From the human T2T-CHM13v2.0 reference genome, Homo sapiens: 64,000 nt of DNA. The stretch lies in assembly GCF_009914755.1 (NCBI RefSeq), contig NC_060936.1. One strand, 5' to 3'. Below the pieces are notes generated by a model. The model saw only the letters and a list, made by a program, of their open reading frames with translations. It had not been told where the DNA came from and searched no databases. Below, in pieces: positions 27,757 to 41,212 of this stretch; position 1 is the first letter of the stretch, and each line of letters starts with the position of its first letter. Made by a program: the position numbers and the translations under genes.

Positions 27757-28880
27757 AATTGTTTTATTATGTTTTATATAAATGTGCCCATTCTTATGTT
27801 AACTTTTTTGGAAGGTTAACTAAGGAAAGATCTGAACCAGAAACACAGATAACTTGTCATATCACTTAGTGAAGTACCCCAGGAAACTAGGCAATTCATG
27901 AAAGATGTTGATAATCTTAGACATGAAACCAAGAGGAAAATATGTTTAATGAATTGCTCTCGCATTCTGCAGAACCAAAGAGAAGGCTTCATGATTAAAA
28001 GACAAGTAAAATAAAATATGCAGCATTTTTCCTTAACCCCACATTGTAGCTTTTTTTTTTTTTTTTTTGGCTGTTTTGCATTGTTCAGAGCTCTAGTAGA
28101 AGACAACAGAATCCACTCAAACTAGTGGGAAATTTGTCACACATGTTAAATGTCTTACCGAATCACTGGTAGGGATGATTAAATAGACTTTAAGCCAAAC
28201 ATTTAGTAACTAATCCTAAAGCTACCCGGCAGAACAAGGATCCAGGAGAATTACTGTCTCTTCCAAAGTTAGGAAGTCACCAGCTTCAGTTCTCCACCAC
28301 TACTGCAACGATGAGGAAGGATATGTAGCTGTAGCAGCTCCAGAAACCCAGCATGTCTTCTACAGCCTGCACCAGTGAAAATCATTCCACACACTTCTCA
28401 AGATCCTCAAAGTTGCTGACGAGGTGCCGAGACCTCGGCTAATGCTGCCAAGAAACACTCCACATGCCTTTGACTGTGCTTGTTGGCAGATAGAACAGGA
28501 GCGACTGAAATACGGCTATCTGAGAAAGGTTAAGATTGACTGAACCTCCATCACATTGAGAACACTAGTTGCAAGAGAATCTTGAAGATGTAGATTGTAG
28601 CTTTCCATATTCTGCAATTCTTCAAGGACCATTAAAAGGAGATTGGTATGGTGTTGAGCACCAAGCCACTATACTCACCAAATAACACAGAAACGTTGGT
28701 TAGTTATGAAACTCTCTTAGTTACCTGATGCAGCCTCGACTTTAGGAATTCTTACTATTCATTACCACATACAAGCTATTAGCCTTTCTCTTTCCTGAAA
28801 ACATACAGTTTTGAGGCTGCTACTCTCAGGTGACACTGCCTGCTACCTTTCCTTGTAATAATTTACAAATGCCCCAGATT

Positions 28881-29068
28881 GGCCTGTCGTGGGGTGGGGG
28901 GAGGGATACCATTAGGAGATACACCTAATGTAAATGATGAGTTAATGGGTGCAGCACACCAACATGGCACATGTATACATATGCAACAAACTTGCACGTT
29001 GTGCACATGTACCCTAGAACTTAAAGTATAATAAAACAAACAAACAAAAAACAAAACATACACACAAA
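28881..29068 (+). mobile_element. Very short L1PA (L1PA4/5-like) 3' end
   Basis: L1 3' UTR plus A/C-rich tail; perfect 14-bp TSD AAATGCCCCAGATT at 28867-28880 and 29069-29082. Confidence 0.95.
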
Positions 29069-29438
29069 AAATGCCCCAGATTTACTTCCTTAAAGATTTT
29101 AACACCTGGATCATGGCCAATTTCACTATTCCAGTCAAAATTCTTGATGATCCAATACCAACATGGAAGGATATTGACCATCTCTTTTACAATGACTTGA
29201 TCCTGAATCATATCTCAGCCATCTACTTTCAAGGTCATATCTATGTCCTGCTAATAACAACAAGTACACCCCAATTCCATAATCTCAACCTTAAACATCT
29301 CATTCTCTATCTACTAGTTTTCTCTATTTCCAATGCTTTTACTCCCTCAAATAGCCAAGATTCAGTAATTCTTCAAAGCTAGGAGTACCAAATCCACTGC
29401 AGATCACTCCTCCACGCTTTCTCATGTTCTCACCTCCC

Positions 29439-29588
29439 TAGCTATTCATCTTAGATAGTACAACCCATCATGGTAAGCACTTTCTTACTGACACCTTCAC
29501 CTTTCTAAGCATTTAGCTATTCATCTTAGATAGTACAACCCATCATGGTAAGCACTTTCTTACTGACACCTTCACCTTTCTAAGCATT
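29439..29588. repeat. Perfect 75-bp tandem duplication
   Basis: 29439-29513 is identical to 29514-29588 (tagctattcatcttag...ctttctaagcatt). Confidence 0.97.
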
Positions 29589-29599
29589 TCTTTCTCTTC

Positions 29600-29800
29600 C
29601 ACAGAACTCCCTACAAACTTTCCCTGCCTTATCATTTTTTATAATATCTATCTATCTATTAATAGTTGCCTCTTTTCCTACTTGGCCATAATTTCCACAA
29701 GGGCAAAGACTCTTCTGTTTATTGCTATTGTCTCAGATGGTGAAACTGTGGCTAGTATGTAATAAGAGCTCAATAAATATTTACTGAGTAAATTAATGAC
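29600..29800 (+). mobile_element. LINE-2 3' end
   Basis: ccacaagggcaaagact...gctcaataaatatttactgagtaaattaatga. Confidence 0.65.
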
Positions 29801-30736
29801 ATAATATTTTAGGTTAACTAGAATATTGTCCGTCAGGTTAAAGCTGCTCAAATATTTTACTGAATAAATGAGTCATATAGAATAAACCCTAAGATAAAAC
29901 AAACCTTTAAAGCCTATTTGATCTACTCATTGAAGGTAGAATGAAAAATCAATTGTGTAAAGCCAATGATATACAAAATAAACAAATGTATTCTATTCTT
30001 TTTGTCATATAACATACTTTGAAACTTTTCTTCCCTTTTTAAAAACTTTTCCTCCTAAATCTCCTACCTTTTAAATGGAAATTACCTCAATTAAAGCAAC
30101 AATATGATTTTCAAAGATTAAAAATATATGAGATAACTAATTGAATAAACTCTTACATTGGTCCATTAAAATAACTATTGGTTATATTAATATTGTGCTG
30201 GAACTGATTATCTTCAAATTGATTCTATTCTCCTCAATCTGTCTTTAAGGAAGGATATTAAAAGACTTGAAAATACTTAAAGACTAATTTTAATGCTGTC
30301 TTTCAGCAGTCACAATGTAGTTCCCAAATTATTAATTACATCAGGTAAATCAACCATGACAAGCTATTAATAGGAAATGGAGAAGAAAATTACATTAGTA
30401 AAAACTATTTAAACTGATTATCTAATTATAGAGAGACCCACATTACATAAGCATGCAATAGGACAGCCTATAGGGGTACAGTTAGTCGCAGGTCTGTATC
30501 TTTGACTGTTTACAGTGATGTCGCTTCCGCTACTATAATGAACCATTAAGTGACCTACAATATATCAAATGGCATGGAATCGTGTACTTAAAGAAATGTC
30601 TCAAGACCTTGTTTAACTAACATGCTCCTAAAACCTTCACAGCATTTAGCTATAGAAGCAAACAACACAAATTGCTATTCAGAACTTATAATAACGAAGA
30701 AAGATTAATTTTAAAATGGACTTTTCAGTTTATATA

Positions 30737-31432
30737 CAGTCCCCCGTTATCCATGGAGGAATACATTCCAAGATCCCCAGTAAATGTCTGAAAACAGGTA
30801 GTACCAAATTTTATATATGTCTTTCCCTGTATATATGTACATGTAATAAAGTTTAATTTGTAAATTAGACACAGTAGGAGATTAACAAAAATAAAATAGG
30901 ACAATTATAACAACATACTCTAATAAAAGTTATGTGGATGTGGTCTCTCTCTCAAAAATTATCTTACTGCACTGTTTTCACACTTCTCCTTGTGATGATG
31001 TGAGATGATATAATGTCTATGTGATAAGATGGAATGAGGTAAAAGATGTAGGCATTTAACACTGGGTTACTTGGCCCTTCTGACAATATGTCAGAAGAAG
31101 GATCATCTGCTTTAGGTGATTCTGGATCACTGATCTATCATGATGTTGATGGCTGGATGTCAGGAGTAGATGATGTTGATGCCTAACGCGCAGGTAGTGC
31201 AGACAGCATGGATATGCTGGATATGGGGAGGATTCATGTCTCAGGCAGAACGAAGCAGGTTGGCATGAGATTTCATCACACTACTCTGAATGGTGGGTAG
31301 CAACTTAAAACTTATAAACTGTTTATTTCTGGAATTTTCCATTTAATATTTTTGAGCCGTACAACTGACCTTAGGTAACCGAAACCACAATACTGAACTG
31401 AAAGTGAAACTATGAATATGTGGGGACTACTG
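30737..31432 (+). mobile_element. MER44 (C/D-like), Tigger7-derived Tc1/mariner MITE
   Basis: TIR remnants cagtcccccgttatccatgg and atgaatatgtggggactactg; TA target duplication on both sides; typical internal aataaagtttaatttgtaaattag. Confidence 0.88.
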
Positions 31433-31479
31433 TACTTGTAACTCACAAAGTATGCAATAAACACTTGTTCTTTCCTTCC

Positions 31480-31950
31480 TTCACTTTGATTCTTTCTTCT
31501 TTTCTTCTTCGTTTCTTCTTTTGACATATATTACTTGTCACCTACTACATGTCAGGTGCTTTGACATGTCTGGCAGAATAGTACATAACAAGACAGACAA
31601 GGTGACTGAGATCTGAAGGATAGGAAGTAGTCAGTTAAGACAACAGCTGAGAGGAAGAGGGTCAGGAGGTGGTGACCACCCTTCCTGAGAGCATCCCCAC
31701 ACACTTCTGTTGGTAAGAAATGCATGGTATATTCTAGGAGCCAGGGTGCTGAACACAGAATCAGTGACAGTGCATGTGTCAAGAGGAGAGAGAGAGTAAG
31801 TAGGCAGGATTTATACCATGCAGTGCCTGGTAGCCCAGGAAGAGGGTTTGTTCCTATTAGAACTGCAATGGGAAATCATTATAGCAGATTTTTTTAGGGG
31901 GGGTGAGGAAGGGAGGTGTCATATGATATAAACATTGTAAAACATAATAG
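31480..31950 (-). mobile_element. LINE-2 fragment
   Basis: cacctactacatgtcaggtgct...gcaatgggaaatcatt. Confidence 0.5.
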
Positions 31951-32508
31951 CAGAAATGTCTATTTATATGTTGCTCTATTTTGTATATAGTGCTAGGGAA
32001 TCATATAATTCCAAAAATTATGCCATGTTTTTACAAAAGTGAGGTCCTAAATATTCACAAAAGAATGACTAGACTATAACTCAATGATTAGAGTCAATGG
32101 AATACAATGCATTCTTGACTGTTTCTAGAAATTTCAGGAATCACGAGAAAAAAAAAAAAAGTGCGGTGTAAAGATCGCTACCAAAAGATCAAGGTGAGTT
32201 TTGAGCCTTCTGCATGCCCTCTTTAACAGCCCCTCACAAATGCAGTTTAAAATAGTAACTGTCGTGAGTGATAACTTGACGTATTTATCATCTAATTGAG
32301 CTGGTGATGGTTTATTCTGATATTTACTAAACACTTATTCTTTGGAAACGATTCATCTGCAATGTATCATCCACAGTGGTAAGTACAGTGTACATATGCA
32401 GTAAGTGCAATATACTAACATTTTCTTATTTGAGAACAATTTTGAAAAGTAATGTCATCCAAAGGAACAGTGTTTGAAGTATTCATAGCCTTTTGTTAAA
32501 ATCGTTGC

Positions 32509-32816
<308 letters not shown>

Positions 32817-33788
32817 TTATGAAACTAAATTGCATCCAGGACTGCTCAATTTTGTTTATAAAGTTTACATTGTAGATTGTTACATAAAGGATTAATTTTT
32901 GCAATTGTTCTTTTTCCAACCAAACATGATCATAAAATGCATTTACCTATTGGAATAAAGATGAATCAAATAAAATATTTGAAATAAGTCATTGTACATA
33001 TACTTGTTCCATAATAGCTTTTTGAAAGTATTAAATCTATAGATGTGAAAGAAGCAAAAATATAAAAAATCTGAAACTGGACAACAAACATTCATTATGC
33101 AAGATATTTAAAGCTAGCTATTGAATTGCTTCAAAATAATTTGTTGTAGGCTACTGTTTTCTTCTTGATTCCACTGCCTACACCTTAACAGGGAATAAAT
33201 AAATACTCTCCTATGTGTACAAACACCTTCTTTTTAGAAATATTAACCATCTACTGTGGATTTTATAGATACACTACAATATAAGGAAAGTTGGATGCAA
33301 CTACATATGTCTTGCATGATCAGAAAAATATGATATATTAAAAGAATATTCTTTCTGAAGATTCACTCTCTGAAAAAAAAAGTTCTAAAAGGGCTTATAC
33401 AGAGCGATTTAAATACAAAAATTTGAATCAATCAGCACTACATCTCTGTAAGTATACAATAGGAAAATTTCTGAATGAGAAATTACACATGCTTTCTGTC
33501 ATCAGGCTCCTGCTAGCTCAGTGCTATAATTCATCCTACACTGCTGCAAATATATCTTTATAAAAATTACAGCACTACTACTAATATTTTGTGCTTCATT
33601 TCACCAAATTTTAACCTAATCACTTCCCTGCCGTCCAAATTTTTCCTCAGAAGCCCTTTTCCATGACAAATAACTCTTATCTACCTTGATTCTTCACAGA
33701 ACGGTTTTTCTCCAGCTTGCTTTGACTGCAAAAACTTTATTTAGAGTGCATCACTGTCCTATGATCCTCACTCACAGAGACAATATTG

Positions 33789-34164
33789 TGTATTGGTTAA
33801 GGTAGTGGTAGCTTCTGTAACAAATAAATCCTGAAATCTCAATAGAGGTTTTTCTAATTAGTGGACTGGGGGAATTTTCTCCCCACATTCACTCAAGGAC
33901 CCAGGCTGATGGAGGTTCTGCCATCTTTAACATGCTGCTTCTAGTTTGCTCAAAGGATCAACACTCATCTATCAGAGGATTACATGAGATTGTTTTTTTG
34001 GCCAGGCCAGAAACCTATGTATGCTAATCTTGCCACTATTTCATTGGCGATAAATCTGTCATGTGGCTGCTCCTGACAGAAAGGGAGGATGGGATATACA
34101 TTATAGCCAAGTGCCCAGCAAGAAAGAAGAAGAGTTTTGCTAAATAGCTAAATAGTCTCTCACA
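33789..34164 (-). mobile_element. MaLR LTR (MLT1J-like)
   Basis: ctgtaacaaataaatcctgaaatctca...cactcaaggacccaggctgatggagg...tagtctctcaca. Confidence 0.7.
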
Positions 34165-34984
34165 GTCCCACAGACTTCACATATACTAGGCACAGGAGTT
34201 TGTTAGCATTTTTCTAGTTAGTAAATAGTTCCTTATTCCTAGGACACTTGTACAAACTACATCTTCCTTAGAATTGACCACCCCCTATATTCTTATCCCT
34301 GTGAGATGTTTTAATCTTCACATGGTTGACCCATTCCAAAACGTATCTTCCTAATTAAAAACACAAAAGTATTTCAACATAAATGTTCTTTACTGTCTAC
34401 CTCTTCTGCTAGTCATATTCAAGGACATGCATGCACCTCACTTAGCACATTTTTGTCATTAGAACACTTGAATTATTATTAATTATTGAATACTCCATCC
34501 TTTTTTTCATCTACATGCCTCTGGGAAATATTATTTCATTAAATAATAGAACCCTCTAATAAAATCTTCACTAAACTACCCTTCTCATTCCTGGGGGTGG
34601 TATCTGTACACTGTGCTGCCAAAAAAACCTAGAGCTTACCTCTACAATGTGAGGAACGCTTAGAACACGAAAATTTTCTACTAACTTAACAAGACCTAAG
34701 ACTAAACTTTTCCACCCATACTTCTTGCTAAACTCAAATTAACCCACCAATAGGTGCTAAACCTTGGTCACAGTCTTGCTTTTTTTACATCTACTACCAT
34801 GGTTAATGAAACATCAGTTTGCCCATACCTTCCAAAAATATAAACAATGAAAAATTCTTAGAACAAAACTGAACCTTTAGAACTTTGGACCATCTAATTA
34901 CCTAGATGCCTTTCCCTCCTTTATCTGTCTTACAAAAGTTCTCTTATTTTCCACTACCATACTTACATGTTACACATTGTATGA

Positions 34985-35713
34985 TGCCTCTGCTGCCCCC
35001 AGCAAAGCTGTGGGAGTGACTACCTCCATCTTGTTTTCAAAGGAAGTCATGAAGAACATCAGTGCCCAGGAAGAGAACTGCCATGAGGGTGGGGTCACTT
35101 CAGACAGTCCCCACTGAGTCAATGCCCAGTGGAGCCATAGGGTTGGTTCTACCCTCAAGACCTTAGACTGGTAGAGCAACCAGAGTTCTATTCCAGCACA
35201 GAAGAGCTCTGGTGTGGGCTGCACCCAGCAAAACCAAGCAGGGATGCCTGGAGCCCTGGAGCCCATTTGCCCAGTAAAGCTGAGAAGATGGAGCCTCTAC
35301 CCCACTGTGTCCACAAGGAGACCTCTGCCCCAGTGGGCCTCAAGGGCAGACAACTGAGTCAAAGAAGATTCTTCCACAACATTTATGTTTTGGACTTGTT
35401 CAGGACCTATCATTTATTTCTTCTTTCCTATTTCTTTATTTTCCAGTGGGAATGTCTTTCCTTGCCTGTCCCACCATTATATTTTGGAAGCACATAATTT
35501 GTTTTATTTCACTGGTTCACAACTGGACAAAAATTTGCCTCAGAATGAATTGTATCTTGAGTCTCATCCATATCTGATTTAGATAATATTTAGATGAGAT
35601 GTGAACTTTAGACTTCTAAGTTGATATTAGAACAAGTTAATACTTTTGGGGTAATTGAAATGAATGCATTTTACATTTGAGAAGGACATGCCTTTTTGGG
35701 GGATGGGGCAGAA
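34985..35713 (+). mobile_element. MaLR internal sequence (MLT1A-int-like), 3' part
   Basis: ttgcctgtcccaccattatattttggaagca...ttcactggttcaca; purine tract gggggatggggcagaa abuts the downstream LTR. Confidence 0.75.
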
Positions 35714-36074
35714 TGAAATGGTCTAAATATATCCCCTTAAAATTCATATGTTCAAACCCTAACCTCCAAGGTGATGGCATTAAGAAATGAAGCCTTTGTG
35801 AGGTGATGAGCTGATGAGGGCAAATCCTTCATGAATGAGATTAGTGTCCTTATTAAAGAGTCTGAAACTCCTCACCAATTAAAGCTGCCATATGAAGTTA
35901 CAGTGAAAAGACAACTATCTATGAAACAGAAACTGAGTCCTTACTAGACACTGAATTTGAGGGTGCCTTGATCTTGGATTTTCAAGCATCCAAACTGTGA
36001 GAAATAAATTTCTGCTGTCTATAAGTTACCCAGTTCATGGTATTTTGTTATAACAACTCAAAAGGATTAAGACA
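35714..36074 (+). mobile_element. MaLR 3' LTR (MLT1A-like)
   Basis: TG...CA; aaaattcatatgttcaaaccctaacc, ccttgatcttgga, aactgtgagaaataaatttctg. Confidence 0.88.
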
Positions 36075-36122
36075 CATTCCTTAATAATTCTCTACCCCTT
36101 TAGATAGAGTCAATTTGGCTCC

Positions 36123-36666
36123 TGTGATGGATAGATCCTATGGACAAGGTCAAGACACTGGTATTTTTTCCTCTGGTGTTCACTTTCTATACATTCCCTC
36201 TTATGTTACAGAACTTGTGATTTGCCCCTCACCAAGGTGAAGAGGTGAAAAGATTTTTGCACATGTAATGAAGGTCCCAAATCACTTGCCTTTGGGTTAA
36301 TCAAAAGGAATATTATTCTAGATGAGGTTGACTAAACCAGGTAAAAGCTCTTTTGAAAAAAGATATGAAGCACCCTGCAGGTAAGGGAAATATTCCTGCT
36401 GAACTTGAAGGAAAGTGTAGGTAACCCCTAAGAGCTGAGGGTCTCAGTACTACAATCACAGGGCCTAAATTCTAGCAGCCACCCTGTGAGCTTGGAAGAG
36501 GGCTCTGAGCTCCAGTTGAGGACTCAAATCTGGCCTCTGAAACTTTGAGCAGAAGACTCACCTAGATTGTGTCTAGATTCCTGAACCAAGGAAACTGTGA
36601 TAATGTGTGCTGTCTTAAGTTGCTAAATGTGTGGTGATTTATTTCCAAGCACTGGAAATTAATGCA
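36123..36666 (+). mobile_element. MaLR LTR (MLT1E/F-like)
   Basis: tttgcacatgtaatgaaggtcccaaatca...gtgagcttggaagag...gaaactgtgataatgtgtgctgtcttaagttgctaaatgtgtgg. Confidence 0.75.
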
Positions 36667-38419
36667 GAACCCTTATATATGTTCTCCTTATATTGTTTAC
36701 TAACTCCATTACAACACTGGACATGAAAAACTGTTGCTCATCAGTGACTTTCTTCCCAGTGAGATTCCAAATTCCACAAAGGCAAGAACCATATCTCATT
36801 TATAAAATTCAGTAATCAGAACATATTTTATTTTTGGCTAGAATAATATAGATACACAACAAAATTCTTAGAAATTTTCCCACTATTCTAGTCTAAGTAA
36901 TCTAGTCATTGGTTAAAAAAAAATATAAAATTAGAAAATCAAAAACTCCTTATTAAAAATCCAGGTCTCAGGTCTCAATAGCAGACATTGATGAATCCTT
37001 TTTTCCTTTCCAAGTACTTAGATATTAGACTAGGTATTTAGCCTTTTACATGCACCCCTGTAGTTTAAGGAAAGCCAATTAATCTCCTACCTTCAGATAA
37101 CTCTTTTAGCTTGAGACAGCATTTTTTATTCCCCTAATCTCAAATGTCAGCATAGGGATGTGATTTCAGTGAACCTCTTACTTGGAATGCCAGAAACAGA
37201 GTGGTCTTTTTCCTGATAGTTGAGAATAAGGGTGCATGTGGCCCTGATTGCTAATGCAGGCCAATTTGTGGCTGTGAGCTTTTGCCTGTTTGGGGATGGA
37301 AATAATATCATGAACTGAAGAGCAGGGAAACACAATCAATTGTGTTTAATGACATGATTGAAGACCTGTACCACCATTGCTGAATCCTGCCTTATTTCTG
37401 GATTTGAGTCACCAGTAAATCTCTTTACTGTTTAAAGCCAGTATTAGCTGGGATTCTGTTGCTTTAACATATAGTCCTAAATGAGGCCATTTCTAAAACT
37501 ATATTATCAAAGAATCACTAGGATTGGTATAAAGCAAACATTTGGTCATTCAACTAATTATTTACAGGATGTCAAATAGCTGAATGGACAACTTTGTTAA
37601 TACATCCTCATATTTTATGATTGTGGAAATAGAACACTATGACTTTTTAGATTAATGTTGATTTGTAAAGATAGAAGCAACAAATTTTTAAAATATTTAA
37701 CATTTTTGCTTAGTATTTATCTCTAGCTCCTCAATACCCAGTGGTTCTGAGTAGGTTTAGTTTGCATATCATTGATATCTATTTTAATTGGTAGATACAG
37801 TCACTCATATATTAGAATTCTCATAACAGATTTGTACCTATGCTTCTAGCTGAAGGTATGACCTAAAAGTTAAAATACAGAATTATTCTCTGGGAGAATT
37901 TAAATTAGCCTTTGATCAGAACAAATAGGGTCACATAATACCAATACCAAGATGGTGGGAACTTCACATAATTGTAAAGTGGTGATGGCAAGGAGGATTA
38001 ATTTTGCAAAATCCATGCCAATGATACAATAAAAATATTCGTGTCTTAATTTAGTCATTTTCTTTGCCTTCAAGAATTCAGCTAATCAATATTTTATTTT
38101 AATAGGTGTCAGCACTGTAAAAGTAAGACACAGAAACAGACCAAGAAACCAGCATTGGGCATCTGATGCATCATTACTTTTCTTTCTTTCCTGAACCATT
38201 CCCACCATGCCACAATTTCAATCATCCTAAGAAAACATATTATTAATACTCTCATCTTCCATTTTCTAACACTAGGTATTTACTCCTACTATATACACCC
38301 CGGGTAGCTCCAATTTTATGCTTCTATTTAGAGTAAAATTCTTTGAAGAAGTTGTCTCTTCATTGTATTGACTTCCACTTTTCTTAGTCTCTTTCAAAGC
38401 CTTCTGACTAATCTTAGCA

Positions 38420-39110
38420 AGGTCCACATGAACACATCCTCCCCTCCCCCTACTCAAATATATGCATAGTTCCTTCTTTACTTCCTTTTTTGAGTTTTAT
38501 GTCCAAATGGAACCTTCTCAGGCAAGCCTTTCCTCATACCTTCGGTGTTCCCTGCTTTATTTTTTTCTTTAGTGCTTAATGCTTATTTAATTACAATTTA
38601 TTATATATTTCTGATGGACTGAATTCTTATGTTCCACCCAAATTCGTATGTTGGAACTCTATCACCTAATGTGATGGTATTAGGAGGTGGAGTCTTTGGA
38701 AGGTAATTAGAATTAGATGATGTCATGAGGGTTTAGTGACCTTACAGGAGTCCTAAGAGAGCCTGCTTCCTGCTTCCATCATATAAGGACACAAGGCACC
38801 ACCTATGAATGAAAATCTGCTGGGCTTTCACCAGACACCAAATCTGCTGACACTTTGATCTTGGACTTCCTAGCTTCCAGAATTGTGAGAAATAAACTTC
38901 TGTTGTTTATAAGCTACTCGGTTTATGGTATTTTGTTGTAGCAGCCTGAACGAACTAAGACAACATTTATAATCACCACCAATCACTCCTACTAGAATGT
39001 AAGTTCCATGAAAGAGGGTTTTTTATTTATTCTATTAACCTCATTATTTCAGTTCCTAGAATAGTACCTACCCCTTAGCAGATATTCAGTATTTTTTGAA
39101 TGAATGAGAG
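38420..39110 (+). mobile_element. LINE-2 3' end, interrupted by an MLT1A0 LTR
   Basis: L2-like sequence on both sides of the LTR; ends ctagaatgtaagttccatga...ttgaatgaatga. Confidence 0.65.
38612..38962 (+). mobile_element. MaLR solo LTR (MLT1A0-like)
   Basis: tgatggactgaat...aatgtgatggtattaggaggtgg...ttgatcttggacttcc...gaactaagaca. Confidence 0.9.
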
Positions 39111-40449
39111 AGTGCCATTGATCAAGTGAGCAAAAATTAGGGCAGTCACCAACAATAGACAGAGGATCTGAGGGTACATCTTGAAGCAGACAGATCAATT
39201 AAGAGAAATCAAGAACTCAGATAGTGATATGGGTAACAAGAATTCAGAAGCGCAACAAAATGATTAGGTAAAATGCACAGAATTCCATGTTCCAGAATAG
39301 AATTAGGTAAAGTGTCAGCTTTCTACTGAAGAAAATATCCGTACGCACTTTATATAGTCTAGAGACTGAATTTATTTCAAACCTGGCTGATTTATAAGTG
39401 GAATCAGGCAAATATAACTAACTTCTAGGTATGAGGGGAAATAAAACAAGTTCCTGACAACAGAATTGGCTTTCTATTCAAATTATTGAGTACATGTGTT
39501 CATCCCTAAGCAGCAATGCTTTATAATTGTCTATGACCACAAAATATAATTTAAGTTCACGAATTTATAAATATATTTACTAATAAATACACAGAAAAAT
39601 AACACCAATATTAGAAACAATCTACAAATGTGTTGTGAAAAGCATTTCCATAGCAACATCAGAATAATTATCGCTATAATCAGCAGTAGAGAAAATGTGC
39701 TAAAGCCAAGCTTTATTTTTCTCAGAATCATGGGACTGCAGTGCTCACCCACACAACCGAATCAGCAGCATGAAAAACAACAGAAAATTATATTTTATGT
39801 ATAAAAGAGTAATTGAGCACTCTACAATTATATAGAAATCAATGAGTACAAAAAATAGATTAACAGCTATGAAAAGAGACAATTATGACATTTTTAGTGT
39901 CAGTAAAATGTATCATATTCTAATATGAGATTATTTTTCTAAAATTAATGCACTGTAGCTGGAGACCCAATTTTAGAAGAAGAAATGAAAACTCATATCA
40001 AACATCTTAATTTGTAACTCATTAATGCAACTAGCATGACTTCATCTGGAATCAAGAAAGGCACAGTCTCTCAGAGTCAATGTGTCAGAGAAAAGATAAA
40101 ACTGACAACCCTCAAGAGAATTATTCTTATTTTAATGGACTACATTAAACAAAGAAAATACTACAAAATATGTACTTTTCTGTGTTACATAAAGATATAA
40201 GCCATGAAGTATAAAAACAAAGTCATCATAGATTTCTATAGTCAATCAAAAAGACACCTGAGTCTATTTGCTAATATTTTATTTACTTTTTCAGCATCAA
40301 GTGATAAAGTAATGTCTTAATTTTCTTGAATTTATATTTTTCTGCTATTTTCAATCTTCTATGAGAGAAGAAAAACCCAATCCAATAGTCCACCAGGAAG
40401 AAATAACCTCCCAAGGAGAATATAAGCTGTATATTTATTCCAAGTAAAT

Positions 40450-40498
40450 AGAGAGAGAGAGACACACACACACACACAAAGAGTGGCGGGGGGGCAGT

Positions 40499-40531
<33 letters not shown>
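40450..40531. repeat. (GA)n-(CA)n and (GA)n microsatellites
   Basis: Read directly; explains the SLSLSL/CVCV runs of ORF 40283-40585. Confidence 0.95.
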
Positions 40532-40533
<2 letters not shown>

Positions 40534-40630
40534 CATATACCAGGATTGCTCCAGGCACTAAAAATACAAAGGCAAGCAAGGCCATTTTTTGTTCAATGTC
40601 AGCTGAATGCCTTTAAAAATTGTAATTTTT

Positions 40631-41212
40631 CAATGGGGGTTGGCTAACTCCAGCTCCTCCGGTTAAATACAGCTGACTACTTGTTGCATGGTCCAGGTGC
40701 TAAATATGTTTTTTACACTTTTAAATTGTCCAGTTGGAGGAGAACAACACACACAGGGGCTACTGGAGGGTAGAGGGTGAGAGGTGAGAGAGGATAAAGA
40801 AAAATAACTAATGGGTACTAGGCTTAATACCTTGGTGGTGGAACAATCTGTACAAAAAAAACCACGGCACAAGTTTACCTGTGTAACAAACCTGCACATG
40901 TACCCCTGAACTTAAAATAAAAGTTTTTTAAAAAAATGATGTAGACCAACACATACAATGCTATAAACTAAAATAAGAAGAAAAAGAACTTTCAAAGATT
41001 ATATGACATGAAAATTATATCAAATTCAACTTTCAGCATCCATAAAGATGTTTTATTGGAACACAGCCATGACCACCCATTCCTTCATGCATTGTCTGTC
41101 ACTGCCTTTGAGCCACAAGAGCAGAGGTGGGTAGCTGACACAGACTCTATGACCTCCCAAAGCTCAAAATATCAACTGTCTGGCTCTTTACAGAAAATTT
41201 TGCTAACTACTA
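40631..41212. mobile_element. MER58B, interrupted by an L1PA 3' fragment
   Basis: gtttttacacttttaaattg before the L1; atgaaaattatatcaaattcaactttcag...ttttattggaacacagccat...ctttacagaaaa after it. Confidence 0.8.
40736..40936 (+). mobile_element. Older L1PA (L1PA13-16-like) 3' end
   Basis: aataactaatgggtactaggcttaatacc...aacaaacctgcacatgtacccctgaacttaaaataaaagt. Confidence 0.9.
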
